From Hyalangium minutum (GTDB lineage Bacteria > Myxococcota > Myxococcia > Myxococcales > Myxococcaceae), in the NCBI RefSeq assembly GCF_000737315.1, contig NZ_JMCB01000003.1, positions 20,001-268,000 of the forward strand: a stretch of DNA of 248,000 nucleotides, written 5' to 3'. The position numbers were made by a program, and so were the translations under genes. Below are positions 54,131-64,700 of the stretch, in pieces. The notes under the pieces were generated by a model. That model searched no databases. It was given only the letters and a program-made list of their open reading frames with translations, and had not been told where the DNA came from. Each line of letters starts with the position of its first letter. Positions within the stretch are counted from its first letter, which is position 1.

Positions 54131-54601
54131 ATGGGAGCGAGGCATACTCGCTTGGCGGCGGCGCTCGCCGCTGCTTGGGAAGCCGAAGTGGTCTCGGCGC
54201 GCCGCATGACGGCTCTGGCCGAGCGCGTCGGAGATCCGCGAGCACGGGCGCGCTTGATGGTGCTGGCCGCCTTCTGCCGGGCCCATGCGTCCCGATTGCT
54301 GGCCCGCCTGGCGGCGCTCGGCCGAGGCCCTCTGCCCGTGCCCTCCGAGGACATCGACGTCAGCGCGGACCTGGCCCTGGAGCTGCGGAGGGAGGGAGCG
54401 TTCGCCCGCACTGCCGCCTCGCGTTATGAGTCCACGGCGGAGATGGCGCGCCAGCACGCGGATCTGTCGTCCGCGTGGGTCTGCGAGCTCAACCGTACGG
54501 AAGAGCAGGATCGGTCCCGGGAGCTGCTCTCCCTGGCCGAGGGCGTGCTGCCTCCGGTGGGGCTCGAGGACTCGGCGGCTGCGGCTCCGGCCGATTCCTA
54601 G
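54131..54601 (+). CDS. Ferritin-like helical hypothetical protein
   Basis: Four-helix pattern with ExxH-like spacing. Confidence 0.5.
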   Translation: MGARHTRLAAALAAAWEAEVVSARRMTALAERVGDPRARARLMVLAAFCRAHASRLLARLAALGRGPLPVPSEDIDVSADLALELRREGAFARTAASRYESTAEMARQHADLSSAWVCELNRTEEQDRSRELLSLAEGVLPPVGLEDSAAAAPADS

Positions 54602-54660
54602 GCCGCCCGGGGCGCACTCCTGCTGACAGCCGCTGGGGCTTGGGCGTATGAATGCGTCCC

Positions 54661-55434
54661 ATGGCGAAGGCGGAGAGCTACAACGATCTCATCTTCCAGC
54701 TCGGCGATCTGGCGCGGGACCGTCTGCCCGGTAAGCCGAACTGCCCGCGGACCATGGACCGCGTCTACCGCGCCGAGGAGGGGCTGGTGGCGCGGCGCGA
54801 TGAGCTGGGGGCGCTCGAGCAGGAGATGAACGAAGAGGATGCGTCCTGGCAGGACTTCCAGGCGCAGCAGGCTCAGGAGAAGGCAGGGCTCCAGGTCACC
54901 ATCAAGAAGTTCAAGAAGGCCGTGGACGCCATCGAGGGCAAGGTGCGCGAGATGCGCAAGGCGCTCTCCTCCAAGAAGGCCGAGCTGCGCTACGGCTTGG
55001 ACGGCCTGAAGAAGCTCGAGGCGAAGATCCACGACATGGAGATGACGCGCAAAGACCCCCTCGAGGTGGCGACCGCGCGCGAGAACCTGAAGAAGAACCG
55101 GCTGAAGATGATGCGCATGCAGCGCGACATCGAACAGATTCAGGACGATCTGGATCAGGCGCTCACGCCGGTTCCGGGCCAGCCTGGGGCGCCGGGCATC
55201 CTGGCGCACAAGCGCATGCTCGAGATCCAGGACGAGGCGGAGGAGCGCAAGGACGCCTTCGAGCAGCGGATGGCGGAGCTGGACGAGGCCATCGGCCAGA
55301 AGGAGCAGGAGATCCAGGCGGCGGAAGACTATTTGGATCAGGCGTTGTTCCTGCTCGGCGAAGACGTCTATAAGCAGCGGATCGCCGATGCCCAGCTGGC
55401 GCCGTTCTACCCGAGACTCGATCGCGCCCAGTGA
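54661..55434 (+). CDS. Coiled-coil hypothetical protein
   Basis: Charged heptad pattern throughout. Confidence 0.7.
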   Translation: MAKAESYNDLIFQLGDLARDRLPGKPNCPRTMDRVYRAEEGLVARRDELGALEQEMNEEDASWQDFQAQQAQEKAGLQVTIKKFKKAVDAIEGKVREMRKALSSKKAELRYGLDGLKKLEAKIHDMEMTRKDPLEVATARENLKKNRLKMMRMQRDIEQIQDDLDQALTPVPGQPGAPGILAHKRMLEIQDEAEERKDAFEQRMAELDEAIGQKEQEIQAAEDYLDQALFLLGEDVYKQRIADAQLAPFYPRLDRAQ

Positions 55435-55567
55435 GGGCGGATCCGCTATCGGTGCTTGACGGCAGGGGTGCGTCTGCTAGATTGCGCCGCTTCCTGCAGC
55501 CCGGAAGGGCTAGGCAGCGGATTTCATTGAGTTTTTCTGCGCCACGCGCGCTCGCAGTGAGGATGAC

Positions 55568-56236
55568 TTGAAGGGTCTCATTGGCAAGAAGATCGGAATG
55601 ACCCAGGTGTTCAACGACGAGGGCAACCTCGTGCCGGTCACCGTGATCGACGTGAACACCTGCCAGGTGGTGGGTAAGCGGACGCCCGAGAAGGATCAGT
55701 ACTCGGCCGTGACTCTGGGCTACGGGGAGATCCGCGAGAAGGTCCTGACGCAGGCGCAGAAGGGCTTCTTCAAGAAGAACAACGCGACTGCGCGCCGGCA
55801 CCTGAAGGAGTTCCGGGTGACGACGGAGGAGGCCGCGAAGTTCAACGTGGGCGACGCGGTGAAGGCGGACCTGTTCACCAAGGGCCAGTTGGTGGACGTC
55901 ACCGGCACCACGAAGGGCCGTGGCTTCCAGGGCGTCATGCGCCGGTGGAGCTTCAAGGGCTCGCAGACGAAGACGCACGGTACGCACGAGTATCAGCGTC
56001 ACCCGGGCGCCATCGGTCAGCGTAAGACGCCGGGCCGTACCTACCCGAACAAGAAGATGCCGGGTCACTACGGCGTGGAGCAGGTGACCACGCAGAACCT
56101 GACGATCGTCGACGTGGACACGGAGAAGGGCCTGCTGCTGATCAAGGGCGCCGTCCCCGGCCACAACGAGGCGATTGTCTACGTGAAGCCGGCCATCAAG
56201 CTGGCGATGCGCGAGCAGCACAAGGCCGCCCGCTAG
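55568..56236 (+). CDS. rplC: 50S ribosomal protein L3 (stand-alone)
   Basis: GKKIGMTQVF, VDVTGTTKGRGFQG, RHPGAIG, KKMPGHYG. Confidence 0.96.
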   Translation: MKGLIGKKIGMTQVFNDEGNLVPVTVIDVNTCQVVGKRTPEKDQYSAVTLGYGEIREKVLTQAQKGFFKKNNATARRHLKEFRVTTEEAAKFNVGDAVKADLFTKGQLVDVTGTTKGRGFQGVMRRWSFKGSQTKTHGTHEYQRHPGAIGQRKTPGRTYPNKKMPGHYGVEQVTTQNLTIVDVDTEKGLLLIKGAVPGHNEAIVYVKPAIKLAMREQHKAAR

Positions 56237-56260
56237 TTTCTCGCGGCGGAGCTTGAGACT

Positions 56261-56311
56261 GACGCCCCGTACTGGAGCCCTCGAGGGTTCCGGGCGGGGC
56301 GTTCGTTTTTG
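56261..56311 (+). terminator. Rho-independent terminator after rplC
   Basis: acgccccg..ggagccc-tcga-gggttcc..cggggcgt followed by a T-run. Confidence 0.75.
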
Positions 56312-56324
56312 TAGGGAGGGAGCT

Positions 56325-56873
56325 TCAGGGCTCCATGGCTTCAGGTGGGAGGAGGCCAGTGCTCCCGGCCGCTTGGCGTGCGTCGGAGACGGCTCCCATG
56401 ATGCGCCCCGACTGGGGGAAGAGCTGCTCTGCCCTCGCGCTGAGTTCCAGCGCTTGAGGGAGTTGCTTCTCCATCTCCAAGTGACGGATGAGCCCAGCCC
56501 AGGCGTCCTCAAGGCTCGAAAGTGCCTTGGCGGCGCCCTCTTCCAGGAGTTTGCGCGCCTGGGCGGGTTCATGGCGGTGCGTGTCCAGGAAGTAGCCGAG
56601 CTCAATGAGTGCGTCGGCACTCCGATCCGAGGCTTGAACGGCTCGCTCCAGCAGCCGGTGGACCTCGGTGAGCATGGCTTCAGCCTCCGTGCCCGGCTCA
56701 TCAACGAGCCGTAGCAAGCGCGCAAGGCGAAGGAGGTTGGGCGTGAACGCGGGGCATGCCTCGGCGAGCTCCCGGTAGGACCTCAGCTGATCAAGACCAC
56801 TATGCGAAGCATCCCCTGCGGCGTTGGCGGCCTGGAACTTCGCGAGCAACTCTTCGAGGGGAAGGTGGGCCAT
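56325..56873 (-). CDS. TPR-like hypothetical protein
   Basis: Helical repeat pattern; 5 bp downstream of a lipoprotein gene. Confidence 0.55.
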   Translation of the reverse strand: MAHLPLEELLAKFQAANAAGDASHSGLDQLRSYRELAEACPAFTPNLLRLARLLRLVDEPGTEAEAMLTEVHRLLERAVQASDRSADALIELGYFLDTHRHEPAQARKLLEEGAAKALSSLEDAWAGLIRHLEMEKQLPQALELSARAEQLFPQSGRIMGAVSDARQAAGSTGLLPPEAMEP

Positions 56874-56878
56874 GGCGC

Positions 56879-57325
56879 TTACTTCTCCATCAGACGGGAT
56901 TGTTCCTCGATGAGCTTCCGTGCCGTCTGCAGCTGAGCTTGGGTGGCGAGGCTGAAGTCGTTCTTGTCCAGCATGGTCTTGATCTCGAACAGGGTGAAGT
57001 CCTTCAACTGGGAGGGGAAGTCCTTGACCCGCCGGAGTCGCGCGGGGCTCTCGCCCAACTTCGTGGAGAGCACGGAGATGCGCTGGAGCATTCGCGCAGC
57101 CACCTCCTTGCCGATGAGCCCAGAGGCTGAGCCTTCAGCGATCAAAGCCTGAGCCTCGGTGAATTGTCCCTTGGCAATCAGTGCCCAGATGCGCGCACTC
57201 GCTGAGCCGCCCTTAAGCCGGATACCTTCCTCTGGCTCAGCTTCTGGGAGGACGTGGCTGTCCACGTGACTGCACCCATGGAGGCAGAACACGATCAAAC
57301 CGATGATCAGCATGTGACAGCGCAT
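56879..57325 (-). CDS. Hypothetical lipoprotein
   Basis: Lipobox LHGC. Confidence 0.55.
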   Translation of the reverse strand: MRCHMLIIGLIVFCLHGCSHVDSHVLPEAEPEEGIRLKGGSASARIWALIAKGQFTEAQALIAEGSASGLIGKEVAARMLQRISVLSTKLGESPARLRRVKDFPSQLKDFTLFEIKTMLDKNDFSLATQAQLQTARKLIEEQSRLMEK

Positions 57326-57896
57326 GACGCCCCCCTTTGCTGACTCCTCGATTCTACCTGCTGTGGCTGCCCGCAGACTGGACTCGTCAGCCTGGCCTTC
57401 CGTAGGAGCCCATTCGTCACAAGGGCTGCGGCCGCTCCACCCCCGAAGAGGAGCACTCCGGTCCCAAGCCCGAGGGCAAAGGCGGCACCGGTCAGCCCGC
57501 CGCCTTCCCGCCGCGCAACTGATCCTGATCCACGCGGCACCCGCGGTTCACGGGGTAGGTGGGTGTAGGCTCTGACGCCTTCCGCCTGGGTTCTCCACGA
57601 GTCCCGGCGCCCCGTCCTGGAGCCAACACTGGCCCGGGCGGGGCGTTCGTTTTTCCAGCCGGATTCTTACTCCCTGGGGCGGATTGGGCGCTGAAACGTC
57701 GGCCATCGTGCGCTCCTGCTGATGGCCGTGAAAAAAGTGCACGGTCCGGGGTACAGCGCACCTTGCCCCTTGGGCATCGGATGTGCACTTGGATGCGCCA
57801 ACGCGGAGCCAAGCGTCGCTGGGACGCTCGGTCTCCTTGGGAGTGCTGATCCTCAGCTTCATCGCGGCTCGCCCCACGGGCCGCACCCGAGTCTCT

Positions 57897-58718
57897 ATGT
57901 TGACCGTCCGTTCACTACGCGTGCTCGCCTCGATGATCCTGGCCCTGACGGCCCTGAGCGCCGCCGGGCAGCAGGAGCAGACCCTGGAGGGCGTGGTCGT
58001 CCGCAACCGACTCTATCGGCCCGCGGGCAACCTCGAGTTCTCCCCGAGTGTGGGCGTCTCCATGCTCACCTATCTCACGGCCCACTACACAGTGGACCTC
58101 GGGGTGGCCTACAACCTCTTCGACACCTTCGCCGTGGAAGGCCGCGCAGGCTACGCGTTCAGCCGGCAGACGGGCCTGGCCCGCTCCATCTCTGAGAGCT
58201 TCCTCAACCGCGACGACAAGAAGATCACCGACGAGCTCGAGGATCTCTGGCGGATGAACTTCCACGCCGTCGGCGGCCTGCGCTGGGCGCCCGTGTACGG
58301 GAAGCTCTCGCTCATGGCCGAGGTGCCCACCCACTTCCAGGCCTACCTCTGGGCCGGCGGCGGGGTGGCCTCGTTCAAGCGCCAGTCCCTGATCCAGTGC
58401 TCCCAGGTGGTGAACCGCGAGTTCGGCGTCTGCGACAACCGCTCGGATCCGCTGGATCGCTCCTCCGCTACCGAGAACTTCTGGGTGAAGGAGACGCGCG
58501 TGTCCCCCGTGGTAAGCGCCGCCGTGGGTCTGCGCTTCTTCGCCTTCGAGCGGCACGGCGTGAAGTTCGAGCTCCGGGACTGGGTGTTCCGCGACGCCTA
58601 CCGCGTGGCGCTGAACCGGGATGACTGGGAGGCGGGCCAGGAAACGGGAACGGTCGCGCCCAGCCCGGGCCTCACGCACCTCGTTCAATTCGACATTGGC
58701 TACACCTTCATCTTCTAG
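57897..58718 (+). CDS. nfsA: Outer-membrane beta-barrel protein NfsA (GltA paralogue)
   Basis: VVRNRLY, WAPVYGKL, terminal F; first gene of an A-H ordered cluster. Confidence 0.75.
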   Translation: MLTVRSLRVLASMILALTALSAAGQQEQTLEGVVVRNRLYRPAGNLEFSPSVGVSMLTYLTAHYTVDLGVAYNLFDTFAVEGRAGYAFSRQTGLARSISESFLNRDDKKITDELEDLWRMNFHAVGGLRWAPVYGKLSLMAEVPTHFQAYLWAGGGVASFKRQSLIQCSQVVNREFGVCDNRSDPLDRSSATENFWVKETRVSPVVSAAVGLRFFAFERHGVKFELRDWVFRDAYRVALNRDDWEAGQETGTVAPSPGLTHLVQFDIGYTFIF

Positions 58719-58723
58719 ACACC

Positions 58724-59944
58724 ATGCGAACGATCCTGTCCTTCGCGGTTCTTCTGTCGACGGTCGCTGGGGCTGATCCGGCCCTCGCTCAGGCCGCACC
58801 CACGGTGCCCGCTCCGGGCGCCGAGTCTTCCATCCCTCCCGACATGGCCCCCGTGGCGGCGCCTCAGTCGGCTCAGCACGAGATGGGCTCTTCCGTGCCG
58901 GACGAGCAGCCCGTGGCCACGCCGCGTGCGCGTCCTCAGCGTGTAGGGGAGGACGCTGCCGAGGAGACTCCCGCTTCCGAGGAGGCTCCGGCTCCAGCCG
59001 AGGCTGCTGCCCCTGCTGCGAACCCGCCTGCCGCGGATGCGCCCCTGGCAGTGGCGGACGTGGACACCGAGCTGCGCACCACGACGCCCGAGCAGCAGCG
59101 GCTGGTGCACGGCGCGCCGCTCTACAACCCGAACGTCTCCGTCCACATCGTCCAGAAGAAGCGCTTCGCGGACGAGGGCAAGCACGAGTTCGCGCTCTAC
59201 CCGCTGGCGGTCCAGGTGAACGGCAAGTTCACCAACCACGCGGGCAGCGCGCTCCACTACACGTACCACGTGCAGGAGAACTTCGCGCTCCAGGTCTCCG
59301 GCATCTACAACTGGCACTCCAACGAGAGCCGCTTCAACCTGGAGCTGATCGACAAGGTCCGCGAGCAGGCCCAGGCGGCCTCCTCGCTGCTGCTCCAGTG
59401 GGGCGCTCAGGCCGGCGTCGAGGTGACGCCGCTGTACGGCAAGTTCGCCTTCTATGACGACCAGCTCGCTCAGTTCAGCCTGATCATCAACGGCGGTGCG
59501 GGCTTCGGCGGCACGCGGCACCTGATCCGCCCGGAGGTCGCCAACCAGGTGGAGGGACAGACCTTCACCGTCCCCGCGCGCTTCGGAGACGCGGGCACCC
59601 GGTTCGTCGGCTCCGTGGGCGGCGGCTTCCGCGTCCAGTTCGGTGACTCCTATGCGGTGCGGCTCGAGGTGAGGGATCTCGTCTACACCGCCCGCGTCGA
59701 TCGCGTGGACGGCTGCAACCTCTCCGACTTCGAGAAGCTCGAGGCAGCGCGCTCGGCCAACCAGCCCTTCGCCAACCTGGACCTCAGCGGCGGCTGCAAG
59801 TTCCAGAAGTTCGACGGCGTGGACCCGGACACGAAGAAGAACTACCGCGAGGACATCATCCTCGGGAGGGATCTGGTGGCTGAGCCCTCCTCGGACGTCC
59901 TCAACAACGTGAGCTTCTACGCCGGCTTCTCGATCCTCTTCTGA
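58724..59944 (+). CDS. nfsB: Outer-membrane beta-barrel protein NfsB
   Basis: VHIVQKKRF, QVNGKF, VTPLYGKF, terminal F. Confidence 0.75.
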   Translation: MRTILSFAVLLSTVAGADPALAQAAPTVPAPGAESSIPPDMAPVAAPQSAQHEMGSSVPDEQPVATPRARPQRVGEDAAEETPASEEAPAPAEAAAPAANPPAADAPLAVADVDTELRTTTPEQQRLVHGAPLYNPNVSVHIVQKKRFADEGKHEFALYPLAVQVNGKFTNHAGSALHYTYHVQENFALQVSGIYNWHSNESRFNLELIDKVREQAQAASSLLLQWGAQAGVEVTPLYGKFAFYDDQLAQFSLIINGGAGFGGTRHLIRPEVANQVEGQTFTVPARFGDAGTRFVGSVGGGFRVQFGDSYAVRLEVRDLVYTARVDRVDGCNLSDFEKLEAARSANQPFANLDLSGGCKFQKFDGVDPDTKKNYREDIILGRDLVAEPSSDVLNNVSFYAGFSILF

Positions 59945-61521
59945 TGGGAACCCCTGCCATGTCCCGACTGCTCGCACTCTTCGCCGTCGCCCTGGCTCCG
60001 CTCGCGGTGTCCGCGCAGGACCTCACGGCGTACAACCGCGCGCTCGCCGCCTTCAACGCGGGCGATCTCGACACCGCCGCGCCGCTCTTCTTCGAGACCT
60101 CCGAGCGCGCCACCGATCCCGAGACGAAGGGCAAGGCCGAGTACTACCTGGCGCAGACCTTCCAGAAGAAGGGTCTCCCGGTCAGCGCCTTCGTCACCTA
60201 CGCCGCCATCCTCAAGGCCGGCCCCAAGCACCCCTCGTACCTCAAGGCCGTCGAGGGGCTCGTGGACATTCAGCAGCAGCTCGATGAGCAGAACCTGATC
60301 CCCAGCCTCCTCAACCAGGCCTATACGGACGAGGTGCGCGATCAGTGGGTCACGCTGCCCCGAGAGGTGCTGGCGCGCATCAACTACCTGGTGGGCACCA
60401 TCAGCCACCGCCGCGGGCAGTTCGAGGAGGCCCGCTCCCTGCTCGAGGCCGTGCCGCCCGAGAGCCGCGTCTATGCCAAGGCGCAGTATCTGCTGGGCAT
60501 CGTCCTGGCCGATCCGCGCTTCCCGGGCCGCCCGGGTGAGGCCCACACGCTCGACAAGGCCGCACTCAATGCCTTCCAGATGGTGCTGAAGCAGAAGGGC
60601 GAGCGGCAGCTCGAGCTCAAGGAGACCCGTGAGCTGGCCATGCTGGGGCTCGGGCGTCTGCACTACGGCCGCGGGGAGTACAAGGAGTCGAGCGCCGCCT
60701 ACGAGAGCGTGCCGCGCTACTCGCGCTACTGGGACCAGGCCCTCTTCGAGAACGGCTTCTCCCGCTTCCAGAACGAGGACTTCGGCGGGGCGCTCGGGAG
60801 TCTCCAGGCGCTGCATGCGCCCCAGTTCGCCGGCGCTTTCCAGCCCGAGTCCTGGATCCTCAAGGCGACCGTCTACTACTACAGCTGCCTCTTCGACGAG
60901 GTGAAGACCACGCTCGCCGCCTACGACGAGGTGTACGGGCCCATGGCCAAGCAGCTCGAGCCCTTCACCGGCGAGGACATGGGGCTGATCCCCGCGTTCA
61001 ACCTCGTCTCCGCCTCGGAGAACCGGAAGCTGCCGCGTCCCGTGTACCTGTGGATCCGCAACAACGAGCGCATCCGCGAGGTGATGCGCGGCCTGGACAC
61101 CGTGGACAGCGAGAAGCGGGCCCTCGTCAACTCGGGTGCCTGGAAGGGGAGCGCGCTCGCGACGCAGACCGTGGCCTCCCTGGAGGATGTGCGCAACACG
61201 CTGCTTCAGGTGGGCGGCACGCTGGCTCGGAGCCGCCTGCGCGAGGCCGCGGACAACCTGCGCACCTTCTCGGACCAGGCGGAGATCATCCGCGTCCAGA
61301 CGGCGCTCGATCAGAAGGACTTGCTGCAGGCCGGCGTGGATCAGAAGGCCGTGCTCTCCCGCCAGTCGCTCTACCGGCCCGCCATGCCCGGGGCCGCCTG
61401 GAACTACTGGAAGTTCCAGGGCGAGTTCTGGATCGACGAGATCGGCTACTATCAGTACACGCTCAAGCGCGGCTGTCTGGCGAAGCCGGGCGAAGAGCGG
61501 ACCGAGGCGGGCTCGCAGTAA
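59944..61521 (+). CDS. nfsC: TPR protein NfsC (GltC paralogue)
   Basis: TPRs; FQGEFWIDEIGYYQY C-terminal motif. Confidence 0.75.
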   Translation: MGTPAMSRLLALFAVALAPLAVSAQDLTAYNRALAAFNAGDLDTAAPLFFETSERATDPETKGKAEYYLAQTFQKKGLPVSAFVTYAAILKAGPKHPSYLKAVEGLVDIQQQLDEQNLIPSLLNQAYTDEVRDQWVTLPREVLARINYLVGTISHRRGQFEEARSLLEAVPPESRVYAKAQYLLGIVLADPRFPGRPGEAHTLDKAALNAFQMVLKQKGERQLELKETRELAMLGLGRLHYGRGEYKESSAAYESVPRYSRYWDQALFENGFSRFQNEDFGGALGSLQALHAPQFAGAFQPESWILKATVYYYSCLFDEVKTTLAAYDEVYGPMAKQLEPFTGEDMGLIPAFNLVSASENRKLPRPVYLWIRNNERIREVMRGLDTVDSEKRALVNSGAWKGSALATQTVASLEDVRNTLLQVGGTLARSRLREAADNLRTFSDQAEIIRVQTALDQKDLLQAGVDQKAVLSRQSLYRPAMPGAAWNYWKFQGEFWIDEIGYYQYTLKRGCLAKPGEERTEAGSQ

Positions 61522-61726
61522 GCCTGTCGGTGACGGACGCAGTTCGGAGGAACGGGGTGGGCCGAGGCGTTGGTGCACGCGCCGGGGCCGCCCCGTTTGC
61601 CTGTTCAGCCCCTGAAACCGACAGTGCCCTGTAGGGCGCATTCGTGCGTGTTGGCACGGTTGCAGCACTTCTCATTCCAGGAGTGCGCGTCTACCTTCGG
61701 TCGTCCCTTCGATGGCAGGAGTTCGC

Positions 61727-64700
61727 ATGAAGGCGTTCCTTCGGTTTGGTGCGCTGGCTGTGGGCGTGGCGCTCACCGCCAGCGGGGTGGGCGAGGCGGC
61801 ACCGCCTAAAAAGGCGGTGGGGAAGAAGCCTGCGGCGGCGGCCAAGGCGGCTCCTGTCGGAAAGAAGACGGTGGAGAAGGCCTCCAAGGAGAAGGCGCCG
61901 TCCGCGGTGCCGGGTGCTCCCGAGGAGAAGCGCCGCAACGGTCCGGCCCGGGTGGCCCCCGCCAATGCCAAGTTCGCGGAGCTGCCGCGCATCGCCGACA
62001 GCAAGAAGGACGCGCTGGCGGACAAGAAGCGCGACGAGGCCATCGAGGGCTTCAAACGCCTGATCCCGAAGATCCAGGACGGCACCTCGCGCAAGGCGGA
62101 CCTGCTGTACCGCTTGTCCGAGCTCTACTGGGAGAAGTCCAAGTACCTCTACCGGCTGGAGATGGACCGGTACCTGGAGGCGGAGAAGAAGTACGACGCG
62201 GCCGTGGCTCGCGGCGAGAAGCTGGAGGCCCCGAAGGAGGACCACCGCGACAGCGAGCGCTACCGCGCCGAGGTGATGAGCCTCTACGAGGACATCCTCC
62301 GCGACTATCCGCAGTACGAGATCCGCGACGAGGTCCTCTTCTCGCAGGCTTACAACCTGTACGAGCTCGGCCGCCAGCCCGAGGCCGTGAAGCGCTACGA
62401 GGAGCTGATCCGGGACTTCCCCAAGTCGCAGTTCGTGCCGGACGCGTACATCCAGCTCGGCAATCACTACTTCGACAACAACAAGCTGATGCCCGCGAAG
62501 CAGAACTACGAGAAGGCGCGGGACACCGGCGTTCCGAAGATCTACGCCTACGCCATCTACAAGCTGGCCTGGTGTGACTTCAACGCGGGCGACTATGAGG
62601 CCGGCCTCAAGAAGCTCCAGGAGGCGGTGGAGTACGCGGAGACCCGTGGCGAGGAGCTGGGCGACCTGAAGACCGAGGCGCTCAATGACTTGACCGTCTT
62701 CTATGTGCAGCTGGATCTGCCCAAGGATGCCATCGCCTACTTCAAGGCGAAGGCGCCCGAGAAGCGTCAGGCGCGGCTCATCGCGAAGACGGCGGTGGGG
62801 CTGGCGGACGCGGGCCACTTCGACAGCGGCATCTACATGTTCCGCTGGCTCATCGACGACAAGCCGATGGGCCCCAGCGCCCCCGAGTTCCAGCAGGCCA
62901 TCGTCCGCTCGTATGAGGGCCTGCGTCAGCGCACCCAGGTCCGCGCCGAGATGAAGAAGATGGTGGACCTGTACCGGCCGGGTGGCACGTGGTGGGAGGC
63001 CAACACGGGCAACAAGTCCGTGCTGCGCAACGCCTTCAACGTCACCGAAGAGGCCATGCGCGTGATGGTGACCGAGTACCACCAGGAGGCCCAGAAGACG
63101 CGCGAGGTGGCCACGTACCAGCTCGCTCGCGACATCTATAAGGAGTACGTGGACGCGTTCGCCTCCAGCTCGGATCCGGACTTCGTCTCGGACTCGGCCT
63201 TCAACCTGCGCTTCTTCTACGCGGAGATTCTGTGGGCCCTCGAAGAGTGGGAGGCCGCCGCCGCCCAGTATGACGCCGTGGTGGCTTTCAAGATCCCGGA
63301 CCGTGACTCGGCCCGCGAGGTCTCCAACGAGACCTACCGCAAGAGCGCCTCGTTCGCCGCGGTGCTCGCGTACGACAAGCTCGTGAAGATCGAGCGCGGC
63401 CAGCTCGCCAAGAGCGATCTCAAGGCCGGCCAGAAGGTCGACGAGAACAAGTACAAGGGTGACGTCGAGAAGAAGCGCATCATCAAGAAGAACGCGAAGG
63501 AGCAGCCCGAGCAGCAACTCACTCGCTTCGAGGAGCGCCTCGTCGCCGCCTGCGACACGTACAACTCGCTCTATCCGAACAACCAGGACGAGGTGGACCT
63601 GCGCTACCAGGCCGCCGTCATCCTCTATGACCGCAACCACTTCGTGGACGCGGCCCGGCGCTTCGGCGAGATCATCGTGAAGTTCCCCGAGGAGCGGCGC
63701 TCGCGCGACGCGGCGGACCTGACGATGTTCGTGCTGGAGAGCCGCGAGGAGTGGTTCGAGCTGAACAAGCTGGCGCGCCAGTTCCTGGGCAACAAGAAGC
63801 TGACCAAGCCCGGCACGGAGTTCGCCGCTCGCGTGGCCAAGGTCGTCGAGGGCAGCCAGTACAAGTGGGTGGACGAAGTCGTCTATCGCCAGGAGAAGAA
63901 CCCGAAGAAGGCCGCCGAGCTGTTCCTCGAGTTCGTCACCGAGTTCCCCAAGTCGGAGAACGCGGACCGCGCGCTCACCTACGCGATGATCATCTTCCAG
64001 GAGGCCGCCGAGCTGGATCGCGGCGTCGAGGCCGGCGAGCGCGTCCTCCAAGAGTACCCGGACAGCGTGTTCGACCTGAAGGTCCGCTACACGCTCGCGG
64101 GCTTCTACGAGAAGATGGCCGAGTTCAAGAAGGCCGCCGAGGCGTACGAGGCCTTCGTGGCCGCCTACGACGAGGCCGCCGGGACGGCGAAGAAGAAGAA
64201 GACCGCGAAGGGCGGGGCGTCGAAGGTGGCGCAGGGCTCCGCCGAGCGTGAGCAGATCCTCAAGGACGCCGAGGGCTGGGTGGCCGACGCGCTCTTCAAC
64301 GCGGGCGTCTGGTGGGAGGGCGTGGGCAATTCGCCGAAGGCCATCGCCGCCTATCAGTCGTACATCTCGCGCTTCCGCGACCGCAAGGATGTGCCGCAGA
64401 TCGCCTTCAACATCGCGCTCGTCCACGAGAAGGACGGCAAGTGGGCGGAGGCCGCCAAGGCGTTCGCCTCGTTCTCGGAGACGTACAGCCGGGATGCTCG
64501 CACCAACCCGGGGCAGCTCTACCTGGCGAAGTACCGCGAGCTGATGGCGCAGCGGCAGCTCAAGAGCTGGAAGGACATGGAGCGCCTGCAGAGCGAGCTG
64601 GTGCGCGGCTGGGCCAAGCTGCCCGACGAGAGCAAGCAGAACGTCAGCCTCGTCGACGCCTACGCCCACGCCCGCTTCATGGGGCTGGAGGCGCTGTGGA

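Noticed and set aside
61652-61667. Sigma54 promoter before nfsD (TGGCACGGTTGCAGCA)
   Set aside because: The spacing fits but the -12 element is CAGC rather than TTGC; too weak to call.
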